Origin: Bdellovibrionota bacterium
Lineage (GTDB): Bacteria > Bdellovibrionota_C > UBA2361 > CALJRW01
Assembly (NCBI GenBank): GCA_041740355.1
Contig: JBGSMD010000016.1
Location: forward strand, 64,001 to 128,000
Length of the DNA stretch: 64,000 bases
Reading direction: 5' to 3'
This document shows positions 1-10,284 of the stretch, one piece after another. Numbering within the stretch: the first letter of the stretch is position 1; the number at the start of each line of letters is the position of its first letter. The notes below the pieces were generated by a model. The model was not told where the DNA came from. It did no database searches and saw only the letters and a list, made by a program, of their open reading frames with translations. The position numbers were made by a program, and so were the translations under genes.

Positions 1-102
1 ACGCCCACAAATCTTTCGGCAGATCAGTATCGTTCGGTTATTGAGTTTAAAGCTGCGCAGGCAAATTTAAGGTTACAAAAAATGCGTGCCATTGGATTTT
101 AG
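1..102 (+). CDS. 3' end of a gene truncated by the window edge (...KAAQANLRLQKMRAIGF*)
   Basis: Frame 1 is open from base 1 to TAG at 100-102, with a hairpin downstream. Confidence 0.5.
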   Translation, partial: TPTNLSADQYRSVIEFKAAQANLRLQKMRAIGF

Positions 103-177
103 TTTGCTTGTTGAAATAAGAAAACAGCAGTGATTAGAATTAAAAAATATTGGCGGAACTTCATGCTCTCTTAAGTA

Positions 178-209
178 TATTGACCGATAAGGTTACTTAT
201 CAGTCAATA
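178..209. terminator. Hairpin between convergent genes, probable bidirectional terminator
   Basis: TATTGACCGATAAG-gtta-CTTATCAGTCAATA, 14-bp stem with one mismatch. Confidence 0.6.
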
Positions 210-234
210 ATTAGAATTATTTAAGTTAGAGCAA

Positions 235-1773
235 TTAATGTGATAGTTCTCTAATCGCTCCTTCTACTGCCAGTCTGGTCAAAATATCTTCATGGTCAAG
301 ATAACCCCTTAATACTGGCAAGGCAATTGCTGGGTCAATATCACTTTGGCCTAAAATTTCAGCTGCCTGATAACTAATTTTTGTGTCAGAACTTCCTAAG
401 AGATTTAATAAGTCGGGAGTCGCAAAATCCAAACTACCAGCCCAATTATCTAACATCTGTAAAGTCTTATGTTGAACTTTATTTGATTTATCATTAAGTA
501 ATTTTTTTATTTGCTCCTCATATGATTTAGTTTGCCCTTTGATTTTAAACTCAGTTAAGGCATCAAGTGCCTGTAGTTTTAATCCTTCCACGCCACTACT
601 TAAATCTTGTTGGATGCGAGACATATCTACTATGCCACTACTTTGATCTTTAATGTAACGAGATAAATCGACGATATCTTTAGAAGACTTTTTAACAAAG
701 TCGACAACTTTTTGATTGTCAATTTTATCGGCTAACTTTTCTACCCGGTGTAAAGGAAGATAGAAACGCAAGACAACAAAAGACAAAACTGCAGTTGTTA
801 CGATAAAAACCCGAGCGCTTCTGAAATATTGATGAGTAAAAAGCGATTCGAAAGTTTTCCAGATCGTATTTTGCTTTCTACCAAGGAAACTATTTACTTC
901 TTGTTCTAAAAATTTACTATTAAAATCTAGACCAACTGCATCCAGCAAATAAATATTTTCGACCAAGGAATCATTATTCTCAGAGTGAACTTTCCGGTCA
1001 CTTTCTAAATTAGTATCAGGTAGTAATTCAATTAAGTCTTCAAGTGGAATTGCAAAATGGGCACCCTGCTGTAATTGCAAATCACATACTATTTGATAAA
1101 TTTTATTTTCTAGCTCTCCTGCCCCGCTAGTAGATAATGATTTGCTGGTTGCTAAATAAATTTTTTGTCGATCACTAATATCCCCGATTACCTGTCCACT
1201 TACTTGGTATTCATTTGCGGTGTAAGCCCGTAGGTAACCTTGAATTACTAAATTAAGGATGATGTTACTCAAGTAAATCGCTTGATTCAGTTTTGAATCT
1301 GCAGAATCTGGATATCGTAAATGTTCGCTGATCTTAGTAGTTACGGGCTTGAACTTGACAACAAAGCTGTGCTCTTGCCAGTCGGAAATTATAATGGAAT
1401 GTAATTCTATTCCGCCCACAATCTGCTTCTCCCAGATATTTTTATTTTCAGGGTCGTAAGCAATTATTTTTTTAGTTCGTAGAATAATGTATCCGATTCC
1501 TGTTGTTATAAGACTTATGAAAAACAATAAAGAAATACTAACAATTTCTATGATCACGAAAATACTGGAGGCGTAGTCTTCTGCTTGGGCAAAAGGTAGT
1601 GTGAAGTAAAGCACTAAAAGGCCAATAATCAATAAGCTCCATCCAAAAGAGCGGCTATCTTGATTAGCAATTTTTTTTACTACAAAAGGGCATCCTTCAG
1701 TTCGTTGTAATGGACAACGAAGTACCTCTTCTCCTATTCTTCGCTCGCATTTTGAACATACTTCTTTTGACAT
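235..1773 (-). CDS. Hypothetical membrane protein with N-terminal Cys cluster, about 3 TM segments and C-terminal HEAT-like repeats
   Basis: 512-aa ORF; CSKC..C..C N-terminus; hydrophobic stretches; C-terminal LLNDKSNKVQ/LLGSSDTKISYQAAEILG/YLDHEDILTRLAVEGAI HEAT-like helices. Confidence 0.65.
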   Translation of the reverse strand: MSKEVCSKCERRIGEEVLRCPLQRTEGCPFVVKKIANQDSRSFGWSLLIIGLLVLYFTLPFAQAEDYASSIFVIIEIVSISLLFFISLITTGIGYIILRTKKIIAYDPENKNIWEKQIVGGIELHSIIISDWQEHSFVVKFKPVTTKISEHLRYPDSADSKLNQAIYLSNIILNLVIQGYLRAYTANEYQVSGQVIGDISDRQKIYLATSKSLSTSGAGELENKIYQIVCDLQLQQGAHFAIPLEDLIELLPDTNLESDRKVHSENNDSLVENIYLLDAVGLDFNSKFLEQEVNSFLGRKQNTIWKTFESLFTHQYFRSARVFIVTTAVLSFVVLRFYLPLHRVEKLADKIDNQKVVDFVKKSSKDIVDLSRYIKDQSSGIVDMSRIQQDLSSGVEGLKLQALDALTEFKIKGQTKSYEEQIKKLLNDKSNKVQHKTLQMLDNWAGSLDFATPDLLNLLGSSDTKISYQAAEILGQSDIDPAIALPVLRGYLDHEDILTRLAVEGAIRELSH

Positions 1774-1967
1774 TTATATTTACTATAGTTGTGGATTACC
1801 GCATCTCTCGGATTGATCTTAGTTTGATTGTCTAATTTTAGTAAGCCTAGATAATTGTAAACCTGTAATTATTTTGTTAAAACAATAGCTTACCAAATGA
1901 GACGAGTTTTAAAGGTCCAACTTCTGGGAAATTATATCTTATCTTAAACTATATTATTTAATCTATT

Positions 1968-4900
1968 ATGCAAACGGTAAGTCCTCAATTAAATCTTTCT
2001 GAAATCGATTCCCGGAACCTTAAGTTTTGGAAAACAGACCAAACCTTTAAAAAATCTATAGCACAGCGCAAAGGTGCAGAAAGTTTTTTGTTTTACGATG
2101 GCCCGCCATTTGCAAGTGGACTTCCCCATTACGGACACTTATTAGTTGGCACTATTAAAGATATTATTCCACGCTATCAAACAATGAAAGGTAAATATGT
2201 GGAACGACGCTTTGGTTGGGATACCCATGGTTTGCCGATTGAAATGATTATTGAAAAAGAGTTAGGACTAAAAGGTCGTACTGATATTTTAGAATATGGG
2301 GTGGATCGCTACAATGAAGCATGTCGCAGTGGAGTGTTGCGCTTCGTTGATGAATGGGAAAGAGTTACCGATCGCTTGGGACGCTGGGTTGATTTCCAGA
2401 ATGATTACAAATCGATGGATCTAGATTACATGGAATCTGTTTGGTGGGTTTTTAAACAACTTTGGGATGAAGGTAAGATTTATGAAGGTACTAGATGTAT
2501 GCCTTACAGTTGGCGCTTAGCTACCCCACTTTCTAATTTTGAAGCTAGTTCAAATTATCAAATGGTTCAGGACCCAGCTGTCACAGTACAGTTCAAATTA
2601 AAAGATTCTGCTGATACTTATTTTTTAGCATGGACTACAACTCCTTGGACCCTACCAGCAAACTTTGCTCTTTGTTTAAATCCAGAAATTACTTATTTGA
2701 CTGTTAAGTCTGGAGAAAAAAAGTATATCTTAGCCGAATCTCGTCTGGAAAATTTCTTTAAACAGGATCAGATTGAAGTGCTGAAGAGTCAGCTAGGTTC
2801 TGAGCTATTAAACATCGCTTACGAACCACTCCTGCCCTACTTCGCTGCTGAGCAACAGGCCTTCTTTACTCTAAATGATGACTATGTCACAACACAAGAT
2901 GGAACTGGAATCGTGCATATTGCCCCGGCTCATGGGGAAGACGATCATCGTTTAGGCTTAGCTAATAATTTACCAGTTATTGATCCAACCGACGCCGAGG
3001 GTAATTTCAAGGTCGAAGTTACTCATTTTGCTGGACAGAATATCAAAGATGCCGACAAGGGAATTATTCAACTTTTAAAAGATCAAGGTAAGCTTTTTAA
3101 ATTAGAAACTATTGATCACTCTTACCCTTTTTGTGAACGTTCTAATACACCATTAATTTATAAAACTATTTCAGCCTGGTATGTAAAAGTTGAAGAACTT
3201 CGGGAGGAGATGTTAAAAAATAATGAGCAGATTCATTGGGTACCAGATCATATTAAAGATGGTCGCTTTGGTAAATGGTTAGAACAAGCTCGTGATTGGA
3301 ATATTTCTAGGAATCGTTTCTGGGGAAACCCATTGCCAGTATGGAAATGTGACGAAGAAGCTTGTGATCAGATTGAATGTTTAGGATCAAAATCTGAGTT
3401 AGAATCTAAAACAGGAAAAATTGTTACCGATATTCATAAGCATTTTGTGGACGAGCTTTCTTGGCAATGTACTAAATGTTCCACTGGAAAGATGCAAAGA
3501 ATTCCTGAGGTTCTTGATTGTTGGTTTGAGTCAGGCGCTATGCCTTATGCTCAGCAACATTATCCATTTGCTAATAAGGAAATATTTGAGTCAAATTTTC
3601 CAGCAGATTTTATTATTGAATCTCTAGATCAAACACGGGGTTGGTTTTATACCCTAATGGTTTTATCATCTTCCATCTTCAAAAAAGCACCGTTCAAAAA
3701 TTGCATTGTGACCGGCATGGTCTTAGCTGAGGATGGTAAAAAAATGTCTAAAAGCTTAAAAAACTATCCTGATCCAACTTATGTTTTAGATCAGTATGGG
3801 GCAGATGCTTTAAGATTATATTTAATCAATTCACCATTATTAAAGGGCGAAAGCTTACGTTTCTCCGAGCGTGGTGTAAAAGAAATCATCCGCAGTGTAT
3901 TTTTACCTTTTTGGAATGTTTACTCTTTCTTTACTACCTATGCCAATGTTGATGGCTATAAACCAAGTGCTAATTTAAGAAGTTCTAAAAACCATTTGGA
4001 TCTTTGGATTATTTCTCGCTTCCAAAGCTTACTGAATAAAGTTGAAGCAGAGATGAAAGTTTATCAGGTTTATAATGTTGTTCCTTGCCTCTTGGAATTC
4101 TTAGAAGATTTGACCAATTGGTATCTTCGTCGTTCGCGCCGAAGATTTTGGTCAGATGATTTGCAAGACAAACAAGATGGTTATAATACTTTATATTATA
4201 TCTTAATTGAGTTTTCTAAAACATTAGCTCCCTTTCTTCCATTTATGACTGAGGAGATATATCAAAATCTTAATACTTTAATTAGAACAGAAAAGGACTC
4301 GATTCATCTACAAGATTATCCAGAGAGTGATTCTGATTTTATTGATCAGCACTTAGAGTCACAAATGGAGTTAATCAAACAAACTGTTAGTTTGGGAAGG
4401 GCATTACGTTCTAATATTAATATTCGAACTCGTCAGCCACTTGCCTCAATTACAGTTGTTACTAAAAACCAAGCTGATTCTGAGACATTAAAAACTTTTT
4501 CTGAACATATTAAGGAAGAGTTAAATGTGAAGGAAGTTGTATTTTCATCCAATGAGCAAGATCTAGTAGAAATTGAAGTTAAGCCTGATTTTCCAACATT
4601 AGGACCAATCTTTGGAAAAGAAATGAAAGCCTTAACTGGATTCCTAAAATCACTTTCGGCGCAAGATCTAATCAAGTTAGAGCTAGGCCAAGACTTAGAG
4701 TTTATGGAAAAGAGAATTCCAGCAATTTCCGTGGAGTTGCGTCGCAAACCAAAATCAAAGGATTTACAAATTGAAACTGCTAGAGGGGTTACTGTATTTT
4801 ATGAAACTAAACTTAGTTTAGAACTATTAGAAGAAGGTTTAGCAAGGGAGTTCGTGAACCGTGTTCAAAAGATGCGAAAAGATGCTGGATTTGAAATATC

Positions 4901-5090
4901 CGATCGAATTCAGATTGTGATTGCAACAACGCGGATGGAATTAAATTCTGCAATTAAATCAAATTTGGAGTATATTAAGTCTGAAGTTCTCGCTACAGAA
5001 ATCTCAAACACTTGGGGCAGTTTTTCAGCTGAAGCAACAGAGGAACATTTGATTGAAGATTATCCAATTAATATTGCTATTACACGTTAA
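1968..5090 (+). CDS. ileS: Isoleucine--tRNA ligase, type 2 (archaeal/eukaryote-like)
   Basis: YDGPPFASGLPHYGH, WTTTPWT, DWNISRNRFWG, KMSKS, and C-terminal EGLAREFVNRVQKMRK typical of IleRS2. Confidence 0.97.
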   Translation: MQTVSPQLNLSEIDSRNLKFWKTDQTFKKSIAQRKGAESFLFYDGPPFASGLPHYGHLLVGTIKDIIPRYQTMKGKYVERRFGWDTHGLPIEMIIEKELGLKGRTDILEYGVDRYNEACRSGVLRFVDEWERVTDRLGRWVDFQNDYKSMDLDYMESVWWVFKQLWDEGKIYEGTRCMPYSWRLATPLSNFEASSNYQMVQDPAVTVQFKLKDSADTYFLAWTTTPWTLPANFALCLNPEITYLTVKSGEKKYILAESRLENFFKQDQIEVLKSQLGSELLNIAYEPLLPYFAAEQQAFFTLNDDYVTTQDGTGIVHIAPAHGEDDHRLGLANNLPVIDPTDAEGNFKVEVTHFAGQNIKDADKGIIQLLKDQGKLFKLETIDHSYPFCERSNTPLIYKTISAWYVKVEELREEMLKNNEQIHWVPDHIKDGRFGKWLEQARDWNISRNRFWGNPLPVWKCDEEACDQIECLGSKSELESKTGKIVTDIHKHFVDELSWQCTKCSTGKMQRIPEVLDCWFESGAMPYAQQHYPFANKEIFESNFPADFIIESLDQTRGWFYTLMVLSSSIFKKAPFKNCIVTGMVLAEDGKKMSKSLKNYPDPTYVLDQYGADALRLYLINSPLLKGESLRFSERGVKEIIRSVFLPFWNVYSFFTTYANVDGYKPSANLRSSKNHLDLWIISRFQSLLNKVEAEMKVYQVYNVVPCLLEFLEDLTNWYLRRSRRRFWSDDLQDKQDGYNTLYYILIEFSKTLAPFLPFMTEEIYQNLNTLIRTEKDSIHLQDYPESDSDFIDQHLESQMELIKQTVSLGRALRSNINIRTRQPLASITVVTKNQADSETLKTFSEHIKEELNVKEVVFSSNEQDLVEIEVKPDFPTLGPIFGKEMKALTGFLKSLSAQDLIKLELGQDLEFMEKRIPAISVELRRKPKSKDLQIETARGVTVFYETKLSLELLEEGLAREFVNRVQKMRKDAGFEISDRIQIVIATTRMELNSAIKSNLEYIKSEVLATEISNTWGSFSAEATEEHLIEDYPINIAITR

Positions 5091-5093
5091 ACA

Positions 5094-5804
5094 TTGAGTT
5101 TACTAGACTACACTATTTTAATGCCTTGTTTGAATGAAGTTCAGACTTTGCCATTTTGTATTAAGTCGGCAAAAGCTGCGATTACAAAATTAACGGCATT
5201 GGGTCTAACAGGTGAGATCCTAATTTCCAATCACATAAGCACTGATGGGAGCAAAGAGTTAGCACTTGAAGAGGGATGTCGCGTTGTTGACTGCCCAACA
5301 AGAGGTTATGGTGGGGCTGTGAATTTTGGATCAAATCATGCTTATGGCAAGATTATTGTAATTGGGGATTCTGATGCTTCATATGATTTTGAAGAAGCTA
5401 TTCCCATGATTCAACTGATGCTTTCTGGTTATGAATTTTGTATGGGAACAAGAATCAAGGGTAAAATACTTCCTGGCGCGATGCCTTTTAAAAATCGTTG
5501 GATTGGAGTTCCCGGTTTAACTGCCTTACTAAATATCTGCTTTCAGACTGGTTTTTCTGATGCTCATTGTGGTCTCCGCGGTTACCATAAGGCTAGTTTT
5601 CTTCGAATGAACCTAAAAGCTAATGGAATGGAGCAGGCAAGTGAAATGTTAATTCGTGCCAAGCAATTAAGACTTAAATCAATTGAAATTCCTATCACCC
5701 TTCATCCTGATTTACGAAATCGCTCGCCTCATTTAAATCCATGGCGCGATGGCTTACGGCACGTTGCTTTAATTTTAGGTTACTTCATTAAGAAGTGGCG
5801 TTAG
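5094..5804 (+). CDS. GT2 family glycosyltransferase (DPM1-like)
   Basis: ILMPCLNE, STDGS, DSDASY (DxD), DAHCGLRG, HLNPWRDG; TTG start 3 nt after ileS. Confidence 0.88.
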   Translation: MSLLDYTILMPCLNEVQTLPFCIKSAKAAITKLTALGLTGEILISNHISTDGSKELALEEGCRVVDCPTRGYGGAVNFGSNHAYGKIIVIGDSDASYDFEEAIPMIQLMLSGYEFCMGTRIKGKILPGAMPFKNRWIGVPGLTALLNICFQTGFSDAHCGLRGYHKASFLRMNLKANGMEQASEMLIRAKQLRLKSIEIPITLHPDLRNRSPHLNPWRDGLRHVALILGYFIKKWR

Positions 5805-5810
5805 AATTAA

Positions 5811-5895
5811 TATAGTAAGTCCATCGAGTAATTTACTTTTGGGGCTTGATAACCCCGAAGGGATAGTAAAGTCATATGGTTATTACAAACACAAG
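5811..5895 (+). repeat. TATAG-family element, partial copy (first loop deleted, right end missing)
   Basis: TATAGTAAGTCC..GTAATTTACTTTTGGGGCT..CCCCGAAGGGATAGTAAAGTCATATGGTTATTACAAA matches the copies at 14089 and 56299. Confidence 0.8.
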
Positions 5896-5956
5896 TTGCC
5901 CTTAGTTCAAGATTCAAGTTCAAGAAATGACTTACTGGAATGTCTTAAGCAAAAGT

Positions 5957-7000
5957 TTAATAGATAATAGAATAAAGCACTCTTGGCATTTTTCCTGTTC
6001 GTCCCCGCGTAAGCCTAGCTTTTAAAAAATAAGCTCTTTGTAATCCAAATTTGATTTTTGCGTAAATATCGAAAGAATTGGACTGAACATTAAAAGTAGA
6101 TCCAACAGCAACGCCCGGTGGCAAGACGGCGGAGGACGTTATCTCAGAAGTACTCTCAAATGGCCCCTCTGATTCAATACGGTCACGTATGCTTTGAACT
6201 ACTACCTCATCAATTTCTCGTGAAATGGAGAGCAGTACTTGATCACTGGCGGTATTAATATTTACACCGCGAATTGTAGCTTCGCCAACTCCATGTGTTG
6301 TGACAAAGGGGGCAATCGCATTTATTCGCCTTGCTGTCATACCAGGAACAGTCGCAACTTGTCCTAGGAAGGCAAACTTTTTATTAGCAACATACTTTTT
6401 ATCAACCTGATCTTCGCTACCACTGGCATAGGGCGTATCAAATGATTTAGAGTCACGGTCTTGCCAGTCAATTAAATTGCCAATAACTTCACGAATTGAA
6501 TACACTTTCCCCCCAGCGATCTTCTTATTGTCCGGTTCTGACAATTTGTCCTCAAAGCCAAGTTCCGTAAACAGATGATCAAAAGATTCAATCAATGGTT
6601 CAGGTTTAGAACTATTAGGAAGTGCAATGACAGATTCTAAATCTGAAATATTTAGGCGTGAGTTTGTGGGTATAAGCTCCAAGTAAATTTCAGAGTTAAC
6701 ATCATTGAGGCCAAGATATTCGTTAGGTACTCTTGGGTTTAATGCGAATGCTCCCCAAGCATCAGCCTGATAAGCATCAAACTTATTCTTATCTTCTTTA
6801 ATAATTACTTGTGAAAAATTTAACAAGGATTTTAGCAGATACTCTGCTTGCAGTTCTCGTTCCACCATGCCCATTGTTCGTGTGGACATAAATGTGGAAT
6901 AAGTCAGATTGATAACTAAAATACTGGCTAAAGCTACAATAAAAATTACTAAGACAATAGCAACGCCATGGGTTTGTTTATTTTTAGCATTTATTTGCAA
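5957..7000 (-). CDS. gspK: Type II secretion system minor pseudopilin GspK
   Basis: HGVAIVLVIFIVALASIL N-terminus, RLNIS, LIDWQDRD, VNINTASDQVL. Confidence 0.85.
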   Translation of the reverse strand: MQINAKNKQTHGVAIVLVIFIVALASILVINLTYSTFMSTRTMGMVERELQAEYLLKSLLNFSQVIIKEDKNKFDAYQADAWGAFALNPRVPNEYLGLNDVNSEIYLELIPTNSRLNISDLESVIALPNSSKPEPLIESFDHLFTELGFEDKLSEPDNKKIAGGKVYSIREVIGNLIDWQDRDSKSFDTPYASGSEDQVDKKYVANKKFAFLGQVATVPGMTARRINAIAPFVTTHGVGEATIRGVNINTASDQVLLSISREIDEVVVQSIRDRIESEGPFESTSEITSSAVLPPGVAVGSTFNVQSNSFDIYAKIKFGLQRAYFLKARLTRGRTGKMPRVLYSIIY

Positions 7001-7186
7001 AATGGATCGGTCCTAATAATTAATCAATATGTTGGGCATTTAATTAAGACAATCAAACGCATTTTTTACGTTAGAACAGCATCTAGGATCGAAAGCCAAA
7101 ACCAATGAAACAATTTTCAACTATTGATCTGAAAAATTTTCGATAATGAATCTCTCGCAATCATGGATCTTAATTAATGGTTAAAA

Positions 7187-7504
7187 TTAGTGTGCAACGG
7201 ATCGGTCAAATTGTACAGTATCTGTATCTCCTAATAGAGACACCGCGTCCTCTTTTACAAGATCGGCTAATTTTTCAATCAAATTTATATAATTGAGGGC
7301 CTTTTCTGCCTGCTGCTGGTCGCTAGCAATCTGAGCCATTTTCGCAAATTCAATTTGCTGATTACATACTGCTAAATAACTGGAAAGATTACTTATGATC
7401 TTAGATCTAGGATCGGACTGTAGTACAAGATTCTCGGCTTTGACTACGGACTCCCTTAAAATTTCTAGGGAATTTACTAATGATTGAATTTTACTTTCTG
7501 ACAT
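7187..7504 (-). CDS. Hypothetical helical protein
   Basis: ORF of about 105 aa from the ATG at 7504; no recognisable motif. Confidence 0.6.
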   Translation of the reverse strand: MSESKIQSLVNSLEILRESVVKAENLVLQSDPRSKIISNLSSYLAVCNQQIEFAKMAQIASDQQQAEKALNYINLIEKLADLVKEDAVSLLGDTDTVQFDRSVAH

Positions 7505-7784
7505 GAAGATCTCAAAATACAATTTCTAGAATTGCTAGGCAGAACTTAACCTAATAATTACCTTACGCTTGACCAAGTTAAAATTATTTATCAAATTAGG
7601 CCATTACGTCTTGTTAAATATACTAAAAACGCCGTATTCCTAAATAAAATCAATTTATGTTACTTTAGTCACATTACTCGTTATGTAGGTAATTAGGAAA
7701 CCGTTGCCACTAAATGTAGTTATTTGCTAAAAAAATTCAGTTATGTTACTAACACAGTGATAACATTTATTAATTCTTCGTAAA

Positions 7785-8015
7785 ATGTCTAGAAAATGTA
7801 GCTTAACAGGTAAAGGTGGACAATTTGGTCATCGCGTTAGTCATGCCAAAAATCGCACTAAACACGTATTTAAAGTAAATCTTCAAAATAAGAAAATCTT
7901 TGTTCCGTCACTAGGCAAGACAGTTAAATTAAGTCTTTCTGCCCATGCCTTAAGAATTATTGACAAACTTGGAGCTGACGCAGCTTTCAAAAAGTACGGC
8001 TTAGAAGTTAAATAA
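7785..8015 (+). CDS. rpmB: 50S ribosomal protein L28
   Basis: MSRKCSLTGKGGQFGHRVSHAKNRTKHVFKVNLQ. Confidence 0.97.
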   Translation: MSRKCSLTGKGGQFGHRVSHAKNRTKHVFKVNLQNKKIFVPSLGKTVKLSLSAHALRIIDKLGADAAFKKYGLEVK

Positions 8016-8043
8016 TTTATTTAATTCTATTATTAAATTAAGA

Positions 8044-8142
8044 TCCCAAGCATACGCTTTCTGTAAATTTAGGTTTTCAGGAACGTTTGTTTTTGGGTTT
8101 TTTTGTATAAATTTCCTGTAATCCAAGATTGAATTACAGGAA
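8044..8142. terminator. Two hairpins between convergent genes (terminators)
   Basis: Imperfect CCCAAG..TTTGGG stem followed by a T-run; TTCCTGTAAT..ATTACAGGAA at 8113-8142. Confidence 0.55.
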
Positions 8143-8180
8143 CTGCTAGACCAGTATTGAGGTCAAACTAATCGGTATTT

Positions 8181-8516
8181 TTAATGAATCATTCCCTTGC
8201 GCGAAGCATTCAGTCGCTCTGTATCTAGTAGTACATCTCGTAAATCTGAGAAAAGTGGCTCTCCTGTTTTTTGATGGTCCGTTGTAACAGCTGAACGCAA
8301 TTCACTCTGATCAATGATTCCCAGATGTTGATTATTAGGAATAAATATTTCATCACAGTTCTTGCATTGTAAGACAACAACAATGCCTTCATAGGTAACC
8401 TTGGTGTGTTCTGTCGCAAAAAAACTCTCATCTGAGCCATCGCAATTGCAACATGGACATGTAACTTCTTCCACGTATGTTTCTGCTAATCCTTTAAGTC
8501 TAAAACGTAGTGCCAT
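8181..8516 (-). CDS. Hypothetical Zn-ribbon-like protein
   Basis: CPCCNC and CKNC pairs; GAGG ribosome-binding site before the ATG. Confidence 0.7.
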   Translation of the reverse strand: MALRFRLKGLAETYVEEVTCPCCNCDGSDESFFATEHTKVTYEGIVVVLQCKNCDEIFIPNNQHLGIIDQSELRSAVTTDHQKTGEPLFSDLRDVLLDTERLNASRKGMIH

Positions 8517-8597
8517 AAAAACCTCGTAAGTTTATTTATTAAGATTAAAACCTCTTTATCCTGCTACAACCGATAAAACCATTTGTTCTAAGACTAA

Positions 8598-8625
8598 CAA
8601 TCGACCTAGATGCCGAAATACTTTA
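8598..8625 (-). promoter_or_regulatory. Putative sigma28/FliA-type promoter
   Basis: Minus strand TAAA-N16-GTCGATTG, upstream of the 8516 gene. Confidence 0.4.
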
Positions 8626-8783
8626 GATGTTTTTGTTGCAACTAAGATTAAAGGAGCTAAGTTTAAGGCAATATGCCCCTAAATTTTAATAAATTGAGAT
8701 TTTAGATCGTTGAATTCCTTATTTTCAAGCAATTGTAGAGTAGATTAGTAGGTAACGTTATCCTAGGTTAAGCGAACATAATC

Positions 8784-9338
8784 TTAAAAGTTACAAGCCT
8801 CTGTCGTTCTCGCTCTAAGGCCTGCCTCATCTAAAATTTCTTCCCCATCTCTAGTCCAAGAAAATACAGCATTTCTTGTGGGAAATTCATCCGTACAAAT
8901 CAAAACTTGACTGTACCAGGCAAGAATTGTGGGAGAAGGACACGGCATTACTCTACACCTAATAAGTGCTTTTTGAATCCAAATAAAGAATTTAATTTTA
9001 TGTTTTTCGTAGCTATATTGAAGATTTGAATCAATTGAAACTAAGCTCATTCCTGCTGGGTTAATTCCACTCTCTTCATATCCAGTAGAACCTTCTTGAA
9101 CTATAAAATTTAATAGCTCTCCCGAAGTTTGTGGATCAGGAAGTTGATCAAAAATAAGAGTGGCGGTAGTTTTCATATTACGCATTGCTACCTGCATCTC
9201 GACCCGTTTAGCATCATTACGGAATTCAGCGAAGTTAGCCATTGAAACAGCTGCTAAAATCCCTAAAATACTTGTTGTCACAAGTAGTTCGATCAGCGAG
9301 AAACCAGAAGTTTTTTCTAAAAAATTAACATTAAACAT
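8784..9338 (-). CDS. Prepilin-type N-terminal cleavage/methylation domain protein
   Basis: G|FSLIELLVTTSILGILAAVSM type IV pilin signal with E5. Confidence 0.85.
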   Translation of the reverse strand: MFNVNFLEKTSGFSLIELLVTTSILGILAAVSMANFAEFRNDAKRVEMQVAMRNMKTTATLIFDQLPDPQTSGELLNFIVQEGSTGYEESGINPAGMSLVSIDSNLQYSYEKHKIKFFIWIQKALIRCRVMPCPSPTILAWYSQVLICTDEFPTRNAVFSWTRDGEEILDEAGLRARTTEACNF

Positions 9339-9402
9339 TTGCTTGTAGTCTGAATTGATTATGCTCCATTGGAACGCGATTAATGCTTAGCTAATAAATA
9401 AA

Positions 9403-9430
9403 CTATCGACTACAAACTCAAGAATATTAA
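9403..9430 (-). promoter_or_regulatory. Putative sigma28/FliA-type promoter
   Basis: Minus strand TTAA-N16-GTCGATAG, upstream of the prepilin gene. Confidence 0.4.
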
Positions 9431-9550
9431 GAAAAATGTTAAACTTTTAATTTAATAAGGGATTAAAAAGGTAATTTAGGAAGGTCCGCCACCCTTATTT
9501 TTTGAAATTCAAATCTTGGACCGTCTTTCACGCCGGCTATTGTGGACATT

Positions 9551-9698
9551 TATAGAAAGTCCAAAAAGTAATTTACGTAAGGAAATTACTTTTTGGGGCT
9601 TTCTATCCCCCACAAGCGTTATAAAATCATACGGTTATGACAAAAAAACAAATTGATCTATTAAATTTTTACGTAATTTATTTTTTGTCATCACTATA
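9551..9698 (+). mobile_element. TATAG-family MITE-like element, full length (148 bp, double hairpin)
   Basis: TATAGAAAGTCCAAAAAGTAATTT-acgtaagg-AAATTACTTTTTGGGGCTTTCTAT-CCCCC..GGTTATGACAAAAAA..TTTTTTGTCATCACTATA; first 61 nt identical to the reverse copy at 47120-47266. Confidence 0.85.
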
Positions 9699-9852
9699 TT
9701 AATGTTTTAAGAGTTAAAAGCGATGATAATAGTGAAATTATTTTAAAGTCGCTTTTTACTCTACAAGGTAGATTATTGATCTGGTACAAATACATGTGTT
9801 TTCTGAATATAATCTATCGGCAGATTCCTCTTGAATTGATTAAACCTACAGA

Positions 9853-10281
9853 CTATTTATGTAGTGACGTCCAAAGATTTGCTTTCGTTGATAATTTTTC
9901 TTCGTCAAGAATTAGTTGTAATCCTTGGTTATTACGGAGGTTGATGTAAATTGGAGCTCTTAAATTTACGGTGGCATCTTTAAGGCTATCCTTAATAACA
10001 ATCAAAGTTAAAATTAAAAATGGATCTTTTTTCTGTAAATCAATTAGTTCGCTCAGAGCTGATTGATAAGGATATTTAAACTCAAGTTTTTGCCCGTCAA
10101 CAACAACAAAAGCTAGATCTGGATCGTCCAAAGACTGCAACCATGAAAAAGGTGCTTGATATTCGATTACAGTGAAATAATGATTTTTAGGAAATCCAAC
10201 TATTCCTTGAGGGAAATCCAAAACTTTTTCCTCAGATATTTCTAGTTCACCAAATCTGCTTGTTAAAATCTTCCTAGTCAT
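9853..10281 (-). CDS. fliW: Flagellar assembly factor FliW
   Basis: TSRFGELEI, FPQGIVGF, FSWLQSLDDPDLAFVVVD, TVNLRAPIYIN; adjacent to csrA. Confidence 0.93.
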   Translation of the reverse strand: MTRKILTSRFGELEISEEKVLDFPQGIVGFPKNHYFTVIEYQAPFSWLQSLDDPDLAFVVVDGQKLEFKYPYQSALSELIDLQKKDPFLILTLIVIKDSLKDATVNLRAPIYINLRNNQGLQLILDEEKLSTKANLWTSLHK

Positions 10282-10284
10282 TAA

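Noticed and set aside
1774-1967. T-box leader before ileS (and before valS)
   Set aside because: No AGGGTGGNACCGCG T-box motif; the hairpin before valS is better explained as the sod terminator.
9640-9670. IHF site in the repeat centre, as in Correia elements
   Set aside because: Only partial matches to WATCAANNNNTTR, and not conserved across copies.
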